From an uncultured Phycisphaeraceae bacterium (GTDB lineage: Bacteria; Planctomycetota; B15-G4; JADJEK01), in contig CAZYQW010000147.1 of assembly GCA_964649825.1 (NCBI GenBank), positions 15,217 to 79,216 on the forward strand: a stretch of DNA of 64,000 nucleotides, read 5' to 3'. The notes below the pieces were generated by a model. It worked only from the letters and a program-made list of their open reading frames with translations. It ran no database searches and was not told where the DNA came from. Shown in pieces: positions 39,832 to 48,279 of this stretch (position 1 is the first letter of the stretch; the number at the start of each line of letters is the position of its first letter). A program made the position numbers and the translations under genes.

Positions 39832-42800
39832 CTACTGCAGCGTCACCTCCAACCCGTTCGTCGTCGAGAGCCCGAGCGCGGAGCCGGCGTCCACCACCAA
39901 GGCCTGCGTCGTCAGCGTTCCGACCGGAGTGCCGGGCGGGAGCGTGGTCGTCAGCGAGAAGCCTCCGTCGCCCGGTCCGCCCGCCGCGAGCGGGATCGGC
40001 CCGAACGTCGGCGCGAGGAGCGGGGCGACGAGCAGGTTGCAGCCGCCGCCGATCGGGGTCGCCCCTGGCAGCAGGCCGAAGACGAGGAACGCGTTCGACC
40101 CGCCGAGCCCGTGATCGATCGCGAACGTCACCATTCCGTTCGCGCTGGCGCAGCCCGACAGCGACAGCGCCGGCACGATTCCGAGCGAGCCGCCGCAGCC
40201 GTCGCCGTAGGCGGTCGCGCCGCCGCACCCGGGGACGCTGAGCGCGTCCGCCGGGTCGGACCCGGCGTCCTGCTCGTCCTGATCGAACGCGCCATCCTCG
40301 TCGCGATCGACGCCGAGCCGCACTTCCGAGCCGTCCGCGACGACCGTCCAGGTGATGGGGCTTCCTGGCGTCGGGAGGAGCTTGACCTGCGCGGTCGTCA
40401 AGGTCTCGGAGGCGCGGTCGGTCTGGAACTGACCGCTCCCGGCGTAGACCGCGCCGCGAGGGAGACCGCCGATCGTGCCCTTCACGACGAGTCCGGCCGC
40501 GCCGGCGTCGGCGAGTGCGACCATCGAGTCGATCAGCGCGAGCTGACCCGGCGCCGGGTTCGCGCCGTCCGCCATCGTCGTCTGCCGGCCGACCGCCGCG
40601 TGCGTGTCCTGGCTGGCGACGGCGGGAGGTTCGAGGAACGGCCCGCCGTACGGCAGGTCGGAGCCGGAGAACGCGAGCATGAACGCGACCAGATCCGCCA
40701 GCATCTGCTCGTTCGAGACCACGAAGAACGGCTCGGAGATGAACTGCGCGAGGGTGTCGACGCCGCCGTCGTGCGTGAACCCGAACCCGGCGAGGTTGCG
40801 TTTCGCGCTCGTGTCGAAGCCGACCTTCTCGTGCATGTTCCGCAAGTGCGGGATCTTCATCGTCACGTTCGTCGACGGATCGACCGAGACGAGCGCCAAG
40901 TGCTTCTCTCCCATCGGTCCCGTCGGGAACGGCTGGAACTGACCGCCGACCAACTGGTGGTTCGTGCCGAGGCCGGTCGGCAGGGTGTGGCAGGTGGAGC
41001 ATGCGAGCCCGCCCGCGTCGAGCAGGAACGGCGGGCGGAAGCGCGCGAGTCCGGCCTGCGCGTTGCCGTTCGGGAGCGGCGTCCCCTTCGCCGAGAACTT
41101 CCCGGCGCTGGCGTGACCGCTCAGGTCGACGTTCGTCGGGAGCGAGTTGTCGAAGTTCCGGTACGGGTTGGGCGGGAAGTGGATCGTCGCGAGGAAGTCC
41201 TCGAACGCCTGCATCTCGCCCGCCGTGAGCGGAGCGTCGTCGCCGAGGAGGTTCGTGAACGCGGGATTGAACTCCTCGATGCCGTCGCGGTCGCCGCGCC
41301 AGTGATGCGGCTCCTTGCCGATGATGTCCTGGAGGGTCTGCGTCGTCATCGGCCCCTTCATCGGGTGCCAGTCCTGGAACCCGGAGTTCAAGCCCGGCAC
41401 GTTGGCCCCGAGGTTCTGGCCGCTCTCGTCCTTCATCGTCCCCTGCGGATCGCCGAGGTCCCAGGCCAGCCGGTCCATGCGCGCATCGACGTGGCACGAC
41501 GCGCAGGAGACCTGGCCGAGCCCCGACGTGCGGTGGGTGTCGTAGAGGAAGGGCCGGCCGGCGCGGATCGCGTCCGGCGTCGGATCGAAGAAGCTCGTCT
41601 CGGCGACCTCGAGGTCGATCGTGGCGTCGATCGTGGAGATCGACGCCGAGAATCGGTTCAGCACGTAGACGTACGGCAGCGCCGGGTGGTGGCGCAGCCC
41701 CGTCGGGCCGGCGCCGACCTCGATCGTGGCGCCCGATACCGCACGGGCCCCGGTCGCATCGATCGCCACCACGTTGTTCGATCCCATTCCGGTCACGAAG
41801 CCGCGGGTTCCGCTCGGGTTCCAACAGATGCCGCGCGGGTCGCCGATCGACTTGTCGCGATCGCTCTGCGGGGCCGTCGACGTCGCGTACGTCAGGTGGT
41901 CGTTCAGGTCGACGTCGCCGAGCACGGAGAGAGTCTGCGCCTGCACGCGCGCGGCCTTCACGCGCACGAACGTGCCGTTCACGTTCGGCTCGAAGCGGAT
42001 CTCGTTCGTCGCGTCGGTGCCGACGACGATGACGTCGCCGCTCAGCGGGTGCACGGCGAGCGCCATGTTGACGTTCATGAGCGCCGTGACGTAGCGGATC
42101 GCGAGGGTGTCGGCGTTCACTTCGGCCACGTCGTGGTCGTTCAGGAGCCAGCCGACCGGCCGGCCCGACAGCGCCGCGTTCGCGCCGCTCACCACGCTCG
42201 TCCAGTCGCCCTGGTTGTCGTCGATCCAGTTGTCCTGCCCGTTCCGGCGGACGATCAACCCCACCTTCGGGGGAGCGGGAAGAGCCGGTTGGATCGGCGG
42301 CGAGAACGCGACCCCCTGGTTCGGCGGCGGGTTCTGGCCGCCGTAGGGGCCGCTCGGATGGCTGACGACGTTCGGGGGGAACGCCCCGGCCTGGGTGCCG
42401 CCCCCGCCGAGGATCGTCGTGTCGTTCCCCGACTCGAAGATCGCGGCGTAGACGGTCGATCCGTCGGGGCTCACCGCGAGCGCGCGCGGGTCCTCACCGA
42501 GCAGCGTGAGCTCGACGGGGGCGGCCGCGAGCTGGCTGGGATCGAACACCTGGACGCGATTCACCTGCGAGCAGGTGACGAACGCGCGGCCGAGGCTCCC
42601 GGCGAACACGACGTCGGCCGGCTCGTCGGCGGTCGCGAGCGTGGCGATGACGCGGTTCGTCGCGAGGTCGACGACGCTGACGCTGTCGGAGAGGTGGTTC
42701 ACCACCCACGCCTCGTCGTTGCCACGCGCGCGCACGGAGACCGGCTCGACGCCGACCGCGATCGACGCCCGATGCACGAGCTTCGGACCGACGACGTCGA

Positions 42801-42966
42801 AGACCTCGAGCCGATCGTCGGGGGTATTCACGGCCAACAGCGTCGACCCGTCCGGGGTCAGGTCGAGCGGGCTGACGTGCGGTGTCTCCCAGTTCACGAA
42901 CGACTGGGACGACGCGAACGAGGCCGAGACGCAGAAGAGCAACGCGACGAGTGCGAGCGTACGCAA
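39832..42966 (-). CDS. Secreted YncE-like beta-propeller + di-heme cytochrome c (CCP/MauG-like) protein with a conserved C-terminal domain
   Basis: AAGGAGG RBS before TTG 42966; signal peptide; propeller repeats (TPDGSTLLAVNTPD, VWVVNHLSDSVSVVD); two CxxCH motifs (CASCH, CSTCH); WRGDR, PPNPYR and KIPHLRN. Confidence 0.8.
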   Translation of the reverse strand: MRTLALVALLFCVSASFASSQSFVNWETPHVSPLDLTPDGSTLLAVNTPDDRLEVFDVVGPKLVHRASIAVGVEPVSVRARGNDEAWVVNHLSDSVSVVDLATNRVIATLATADEPADVVFAGSLGRAFVTCSQVNRVQVFDPSQLAAAPVELTLLGEDPRALAVSPDGSTVYAAIFESGNDTTILGGGGTQAGAFPPNVVSHPSGPYGGQNPPPNQGVAFSPPIQPALPAPPKVGLIVRRNGQDNWIDDNQGDWTSVVSGANAALSGRPVGWLLNDHDVAEVNADTLAIRYVTALMNVNMALAVHPLSGDVIVVGTDATNEIRFEPNVNGTFVRVKAARVQAQTLSVLGDVDLNDHLTYATSTAPQSDRDKSIGDPRGICWNPSGTRGFVTGMGSNNVVAIDATGARAVSGATIEVGAGPTGLRHHPALPYVYVLNRFSASISTIDATIDLEVAETSFFDPTPDAIRAGRPFLYDTHRTSGLGQVSCASCHVDARMDRLAWDLGDPQGTMKDESGQNLGANVPGLNSGFQDWHPMKGPMTTQTLQDIIGKEPHHWRGDRDGIEEFNPAFTNLLGDDAPLTAGEMQAFEDFLATIHFPPNPYRNFDNSLPTNVDLSGHASAGKFSAKGTPLPNGNAQAGLARFRPPFLLDAGGLACSTCHTLPTGLGTNHQLVGGQFQPFPTGPMGEKHLALVSVDPSTNVTMKIPHLRNMHEKVGFDTSAKRNLAGFGFTHDGGVDTLAQFISEPFFVVSNEQMLADLVAFMLAFSGSDLPYGGPFLEPPAVASQDTHAAVGRQTTMADGANPAPGQLALIDSMVALADAGAAGLVVKGTIGGLPRGAVYAGSGQFQTDRASETLTTAQVKLLPTPGSPITWTVVADGSEVRLGVDRDEDGAFDQDEQDAGSDPADALSVPGCGGATAYGDGCGGSLGIVPALSLSGCASANGMVTFAIDHGLGGSNAFLVFGLLPGATPIGGGCNLLVAPLLAPTFGPIPLAAGGPGDGGFSLTTTLPPGTPVGTLTTQALVVDAGSALGLSTTNGLEVTLQ

Positions 42967-43133
42967 GACAACCTCCTTCTCCGTGGATGCGACCGGCGCC
43001 GTGGATCGGCGACGGCGCGGCGGCCCAGGGAGCACCGCGGTCCGGCCGCGAGTTCGCGAATTCCTGGCTACGAACGGACGCGTACATCCTAGACTGCCCC
43101 GCTTTGCACGCGGCTTGGATCGTGGGGGTACGG

Positions 43134-43616
43134 ATGATGAAACGACAGACGCAGATCTCGGTCTTCACGGACAATCGCCCGGGGACACTGGCGCGGATCA
43201 CGGCGGCGCTCGGCAAGCGCGGAGTCAACATCATCGGGGTCGCGGCCTGGGGCGAGACGGACCATGGAGTCATCCGCATGGTGGTCGACGAGCCGCTGAA
43301 GGCGCTCCATCTGCTCGGGGAGCACGGGATGATGTGCACCGAGTCGAAGGTGCTTGGGATCCACCTGCCGAACACGCCCGGCACGCTGAATCAGGTCGCG
43401 AACCTGCTCGGCAAGAAGAAGGTGAACGTCGATTACTGCTACGGTTCGGACTCCCCCGAGGGCGGCGTGCTGTACCTCAAGGTCGACGACCTGAGCGCGG
43501 CGGAGGAAGCGCTGAAGAACAGCTCGCTCACCGCGCCGAAGGGTTCGAAGGCCCCGCGGAAGGCGGCGAAGCCGGTGGCGAAGAAGGCGGCGAGGACGAA
43601 GGCGGCGAAGGGATAG
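43134..43616 (+). CDS. Double ACT-domain protein with an Ala/Lys-rich tail
   Basis: QISVFTDNRPGTLARITAALGKRGVNI and LPNTPGTLNQVANLLGKKKVNVDYCY; tail KAPRKAAKPVAKKAARTKAAKG. Confidence 0.85.
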   Translation: MMKRQTQISVFTDNRPGTLARITAALGKRGVNIIGVAAWGETDHGVIRMVVDEPLKALHLLGEHGMMCTESKVLGIHLPNTPGTLNQVANLLGKKKVNVDYCYGSDSPEGGVLYLKVDDLSAAEEALKNSSLTAPKGSKAPRKAAKPVAKKAARTKAAKG

Positions 43617-46383
43617 CCCCGGGTCCGCGCCTTCGCCGGGCGATGCCGGCGAGGATCGCGAAGAGCGCCGCCGCGAGTCCGACGTAGGTGAGGGCGCGGC
43701 CGCGGCGGAAGCCGGCCGGGTCGTAGCGGACCTCGACGGTCTCGGCTCCGGCCGGGAGCGGCACCGCGCGGAACGCGAAGTTCGCGACCACGACCGGCGC
43801 GGGGTTCCCGTCCACGGTCGCGACGAAGCCCGGCGCGTAGGAGTCGACGATGACGAGGACGCAAGCACCGTCCCCGCCCTCGAGCCGCGCCACGAGATGC
43901 TCGGCCTCGTCGACTTCGAGCGTGACCGACGGGGGCGTCCCGTCCGCGCGTCGCGTTTCCGCCCCCTCGCCCTCGAGCAGCACCTCGCGCCGCGGGTCGA
44001 ACGCCGGCGACATCAGTTGGTCGAGGGTTTGCTCCTCGGTCCAGCGCGTGACGTCCTCCGACCGCGAGACCGCGAAGACGCGCGGCAGCGCGCGGTCGTT
44101 CTTCAGCACGAACGAGCTTTTCCCTCGGTGCGTGATGGAGATCCCGTCGGGCAGGGGCTCGGGTACCGCGCCGAACCCGAGGATCGCCTTCACCGCCATC
44201 AGATCGAGCACGCGCGAGCCGAGCGCCTCGGGATCGGGGAGGTAGGGGATGAAGACGCTGCCGTCGAGGTGGTGGAACCAGTCGTAGAGGCGGCGCGTGG
44301 CGCGGTCCGCGGGTGCGATCGACTTCGGGTCGGGGAGCTCGTCCTCCTTCGGCGCCAACCGCTCGGCGAGGTCGCCGAACCGTCTCGGCGGGGAGACGGT
44401 GTAGCAGTTCGCGTCGAGCAGCCCGTAGCAGCCGGCGAGGTTCGGCGGTACGACGGCGTGCGTCAGCGAGAGTCCGGTGTCGTCGCCGCAGTAGCGGAAG
44501 ATCCGGCCGGTCCGGCCGACGTCGCGGCGCGCTTGCTCGATGATCGGATGCGACTCGAGGAAGCCGTCGCGGGGTTTGGGGACGATCGACGGCCACGCCG
44601 CCGTCGCGAGGTCCACCGCCAGCACGACGATCACGGGACCGAATCGCAGCCACGGCCGCGCGCGCGTCAGCAGCGTCAAGAGCGCGATTCCCGAGAGCAG
44701 GCCGACGAGGCACGCGCGCGTGATGGTGTCGTCCACGAGTTTGGAGTTGGCGCGCTTTGCGTCCTCGGGGACGTGCTCGGGCAGCCCGAGCTCGCGCGCC
44801 ATCGTGTGCGCGTTCTCGACCAGCGGCTCGATCGTGCGGTCGTGCTTCAAGACGGACTGACTGAGCCCGACCCCGCCGACGAAGGACACGACGACGAGGA
44901 CGACGCCGAGGACGCCCGCCGTCACCAGCGCCGGCTTCTCGCGCCGCGCGACCGCCCCCGCGCCGAGCCCCGCCAGCGCGCAGGCCGCGAACACGAACAC
45001 CCCGAGGGCGCGGCGCGGGTCGCCGCCGACGCAGAGCCCGCCGAAGTAGAGCGGGTAGACGACGTACGGGACGCCGACCGCGAAGGCGCCGAACAGGAAC
45101 GCGATCAGCGTCAGCGCGCCGCGCCGCACCGATGGAACGATGAGTCCGATCGGGACGAGCGCGAGCGGGACGAGCCCGAAGAAGACGGTGTTCTCGATCA
45201 AGTTGCCGATCCTGTCGCCGAGACCGGCGACGAGGTCGGCCGGCGTCAGCGCGAGGAGCCGCGGCAGGTTGTAGAGGCTGTCGAGGTACGCGAAGTCCGG
45301 GCGGCCGAACAGCCACGGCAACGCGAGGTCGAGGAGGAACGTCGGACGCAGGCCGCTCGCGACGTACGCCTCCGGTGCCCCGAGCGCGCGGCGGTTCGCC
45401 CAGGCCATCCACTCGACCGACGGCAGGTACTGGATCATCGCGATCAGCGCGCCGACGAACAGCGCCGCGCCGAGCCACGCCATGCGGCCGAGGAACGCCC
45501 GCTTCCCGCCCGCGAACGCGAACGCGAGGAGGAGCGCGATCCACGGCGCGAACGCCATCGTGATCAGCTTCCCCTCCTCGTTCGCCACGAGCGAGATCGC
45601 GGCGGCCGCCGCGAGCACCGCGAGCCCGGCGCCGATCAACTTCGTCCGCGGCAGCGCCAGGTCCGCGCGCGCCGCGCGGACGACCGCCCAGAGGATCCAC
45701 GCGTAGATCGTGTACCCGCCGGTCTGTGGCCACGCGGCGAGCAGTACCACTCCGGCCGTGAGCGACAACAGCCCGAGCCAGACGATCGAGCGCGACGTGA
45801 ACCATCGCTCGACGAAGTAGAGGCCGAGCGGCAGCCACGCGTAGGTGCCGACGTACTGGTAGTAGTGCGCCCGCATCATGAAGTAGGTGGAGAAGCCGAA
45901 CGCGAGCCCGCCCACGAACGCGCCGAAGCCGCCGGCGCCGACCTGCCGCAACAAAAGAAACGTGAAGAGCGCGGCGAGCAGGTGCTGCAGAGCGGCGAGA
46001 AAGCCGTACGCGCGCTCTGGCTCCATCCACCGGTAGATGACGTGGAACGGATAGAAGACGCCGTAGAGCGCCTGCGCCAGGTGGGGGACGCCCCCCGCGT
46101 TCGTCTCGTTCCAGAGCGGCACGCGTCCTTCGCGGAGCGCGTCGATCGTGGCCTGATCGTCGGCGCGGAACGAGATCAGCGTGTCGGACGCCGACGCGAC
46201 CTCCCCCCGCTTCAACTCCGCGGTGCGCTCGGGCGACAGATCGGAGCGCCACGGCTCGAGGCGATGGGTGTGCATCGGCACGAAGATCTGGTCGCTCGGG
46301 AACGAGCGGCCGAAGAAGACGCACGCGACGACGACGTAGCCGAGGAGCGAGAGCAGGAAGGTCCGACCCGGTCGCTCGCTCAT
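43528..46383 (-). CDS. YfhO-family (GT-C-like) polytopic membrane protein
   Basis: PLWN...GG.PHLA...YGVFYP, FGGLAFGFS, HY..VGTYAWLPL, GWPQ-like AWPQ, QYLPS..W, ALPRVF and DSYAPGFVATVDG..APVVVANFAFRAV.LPAG..TVEVRYDP. Confidence 0.85.
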   Translation of the reverse strand: MSERPGRTFLLSLLGYVVVACVFFGRSFPSDQIFVPMHTHRLEPWRSDLSPERTAELKRGEVASASDTLISFRADDQATIDALREGRVPLWNETNAGGVPHLAQALYGVFYPFHVIYRWMEPERAYGFLAALQHLLAALFTFLLLRQVGAGGFGAFVGGLAFGFSTYFMMRAHYYQYVGTYAWLPLGLYFVERWFTSRSIVWLGLLSLTAGVVLLAAWPQTGGYTIYAWILWAVVRAARADLALPRTKLIGAGLAVLAAAAAISLVANEEGKLITMAFAPWIALLLAFAFAGGKRAFLGRMAWLGAALFVGALIAMIQYLPSVEWMAWANRRALGAPEAYVASGLRPTFLLDLALPWLFGRPDFAYLDSLYNLPRLLALTPADLVAGLGDRIGNLIENTVFFGLVPLALVPIGLIVPSVRRGALTLIAFLFGAFAVGVPYVVYPLYFGGLCVGGDPRRALGVFVFAACALAGLGAGAVARREKPALVTAGVLGVVLVVVSFVGGVGLSQSVLKHDRTIEPLVENAHTMARELGLPEHVPEDAKRANSKLVDDTITRACLVGLLSGIALLTLLTRARPWLRFGPVIVVLAVDLATAAWPSIVPKPRDGFLESHPIIEQARRDVGRTGRIFRYCGDDTGLSLTHAVVPPNLAGCYGLLDANCYTVSPPRRFGDLAERLAPKEDELPDPKSIAPADRATRRLYDWFHHLDGSVFIPYLPDPEALGSRVLDLMAVKAILGFGAVPEPLPDGISITHRGKSSFVLKNDRALPRVFAVSRSEDVTRWTEEQTLDQLMSPAFDPRREVLLEGEGAETRRADGTPPSVTLEVDEAEHLVARLEGGDGACVLVIVDSYAPGFVATVDGNPAPVVVANFAFRAVPLPAGAETVEVRYDPAGFRRGRALTYVGLAAALFAILAGIARRRRGPGAIPSPPSSSPPSSPPASPPSAGPSNPSAR

Positions 46384-46396
46384 CGCCGCCGTTCCG

Positions 46397-47383
46397 CTAC
46401 AGCCCGCACGCGGCGCGGGCTCGGTCGGTCACCTCGCGCGCGACCTCGCGCGCCTTCTTGCCGCCCTCGCGCAGCACGTCCTCGACGACCGACGGGTCCG
46501 CGTTCAGCTCGGCGAAGCGCGCGCGCGCGCCGGCGAACGTCGCCTCGATCTTCTCCATCAGCGCCTTCTTCGCGTCGCCGTAGCCGATCGCGCCCTTGCG
46601 GTACTTGTCGGCCATCTCCGCCTTCTCGTCGTCGGTGGCGAACAGCGCGTAGAGCGCGAACACGCTGCACGTGTCCGGGTCGAGCGGCGAGCCCATCGCC
46701 TTGCTGTCGGTGACGATCCGGCCGACGAGCTTCTTCAGCGGCTTGCCCGACGCGAAGATCGGGATCGTGTTGTCGTAGCTCTTCGACATCTTCTGGCCGT
46801 CGAGCCCGGGCACCGCTGCGCCTTTCGACAGTTGGTGGCGCGGCTCGATGAAGACCGGCTGCCCGTACTGATGGTTGAACGCCCGCGCGAACTCGCGCGC
46901 CATCTCGAGGTGCTGCACCTGGTCCTTGCCGACCGGCACCACGGTCGCGTCGTAGCCGAGGATGTCGGCCGCCATCAACACCGGGTAGATGAAGAGGCCG
47001 GCCGACGCGGGCAGCCCCTTCGCGGTCTTGTCCTTGTAGCTGACCGCCCGTTCGAGCTCGCCCATCGGAGTGGCGGTGAGGAGCAGCCAGGTCAGCTCGG
47101 TCACCTCGGGGACGTCGGACTGACGGAAGATGATGCTGCGTTCCGGGTCGAGGCCGAGCGCGAGGTAGGTCGCGGCTGCCTCGAACGTGTAGGCGCGGAG
47201 CTGGGCGGCATCGTGGACGGTGGTGAGCGCGTGGTAGTTGGCGATGAAGTAGAAGGAGCGGCCCGCCTCCTGCGCCGCGAGGTGCTGGAGGATCGCCCCG
47301 AAGTAGTTGCCGAGGTGCAGCGAACCCGATGGTTGGATCCCCGAGAGGTATCGGTCCTTCGGTCGTTGCTTCGCTTCGGTCAC
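46397..47383 (-). CDS. trpS: Tryptophan--tRNA ligase
   Basis: SGIQPSGSLHLGNYFGA (HIGH), YPVLMAADIL, VPVGKDQVQHLE and GQKMSKS (KMSKS). Confidence 0.97.
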   Translation of the reverse strand: MTEAKQRPKDRYLSGIQPSGSLHLGNYFGAILQHLAAQEAGRSFYFIANYHALTTVHDAAQLRAYTFEAAATYLALGLDPERSIIFRQSDVPEVTELTWLLLTATPMGELERAVSYKDKTAKGLPASAGLFIYPVLMAADILGYDATVVPVGKDQVQHLEMAREFARAFNHQYGQPVFIEPRHQLSKGAAVPGLDGQKMSKSYDNTIPIFASGKPLKKLVGRIVTDSKAMGSPLDPDTCSVFALYALFATDDEKAEMADKYRKGAIGYGDAKKALMEKIEATFAGARARFAELNADPSVVEDVLREGGKKAREVAREVTDRARAACGL

Positions 47384-47625
47384 GCGGCCCTCGTCGGCTC
47401 AGGATCGGTAGGGACGGCCGACTTCAGCGGTTTTGGCGCCTTCCGTCAAGAAACGCCCCGACCCCGTCGCGCGCGGCGCGACCTGCGCAGCCGAACCGGA
47501 GGCGGACCGGATCGGTACGAGCATTGCTCGAGGTCACGCTGCCTGTCCGACGGAACGATGACCGCCTCGCCGTGGCCGGGGAGGCGACGCATCCATCCGT
47601 GCGATGAGAGATCGGAGACAACGCC

Positions 47626-47781
47626 ATGAAGACGTGCGAGATGAAGGGTTGTCCGTGCGAGAAGAACGAGTCGGAGATGATTCAGCAGGACGGGGCCTAC
47701 TACTGCTCCTCCGAGTGCGCGCGCAACGCGACCGACGCCAACGGGAAGTGCGGCTGCGGACACCGCGGCTGCTCGAGTTGA
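47626..47781 (+). CDS. Bacterial metallothionein-like protein 1 (51 aa; not in the ORF track)
   Basis: Hand-translated MKTCEMKGCPCEKNESEMIQQDGAYYCSSECARNATDANGKCGCGHRGCSS; GGAGA RBS; SmtA/BmtA-like CxC...DGxYYCSxxCA...GCGHxGC. Confidence 0.85.
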   Translation: MKTCEMKGCPCEKNESEMIQQDGAYYCSSECARNATDANGKCGCGHRGCSS

Positions 47782-47784
47782 CGG

Positions 47785-47810
47785 AACCGAGGCTTCGCGA
47801 CCCTCGGTTT
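47785..47810 (+). terminator. Hairpin just after metallothionein 1 (possible terminator or stabiliser)
   Basis: AACCGAGG (47785-47792) and CCTCGGTT (47802-47809) form an 8-bp stem; the U tract is weak. Confidence 0.35.
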
Positions 47811-48028
47811 CTACAAAACGTCGCCACGATTTCGACGCCGCTGTCGACGAGCATCGATCGCAAGCCTCGATCGCGACGGGCTTGCGTGCGGAGACCGACC
47901 GCCCGGCGAGGCCTGGGATCTCGCGGGCCTCGCCGGAACGAGGGTTGCTCTACTCCTCGAGACGCGCGACGCACGGCCACGGCCGCACGGCCGAGGGATC
48001 GAAGGCGTCCGACGACTGGGAGGGATCG

Positions 48029-48184
48029 ATGAGACGGTGCGAGATGCTCCTGTGCGAGTGCGAGGTGGAGGAGTCGAAGGTCGTGGAGCGGGACGGCGGC
48101 TTCTTCTGCTCGGAAGCATGCGCTCGTGACCAGGCCGACGATGATGGCTTCTGCGGCTGCACCCACGAGGTCTGCGTCGACTGA
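48029..48184 (+). CDS. Bacterial metallothionein-like protein 2 (51 aa, acidic)
   Basis: MRRCEMLLCECEVEESKVVERDGGFFCSEACARDQADDDGFCGCTHEVCVD; GGGAGG upstream of ATG 48029; same Cys/His positions as protein 1. Confidence 0.85.
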   Translation: MRRCEMLLCECEVEESKVVERDGGFFCSEACARDQADDDGFCGCTHEVCVD

Positions 48185-48279
48185 TCGGCGATCCGCCGTC
48201 GCCGCCACGTCGATCGCCGCCGCGATCGAGGAGACCGGCCCGGCCGTCGACCACGGCGCGTTCGTTATGCTCGCGCGTC

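Noticed and set aside
43528-43616. Ser/Pro-rich C-terminus of YfhO as a functional repeat
   Set aside because: It is the antisense reading of the ACT protein's Ala/Lys tail in a convergent overlap.
47384-47625. T-box or attenuator upstream of trpS
   Set aside because: No T-box consensus (GGTGGTACCGCG-like) and no terminator on the minus strand.
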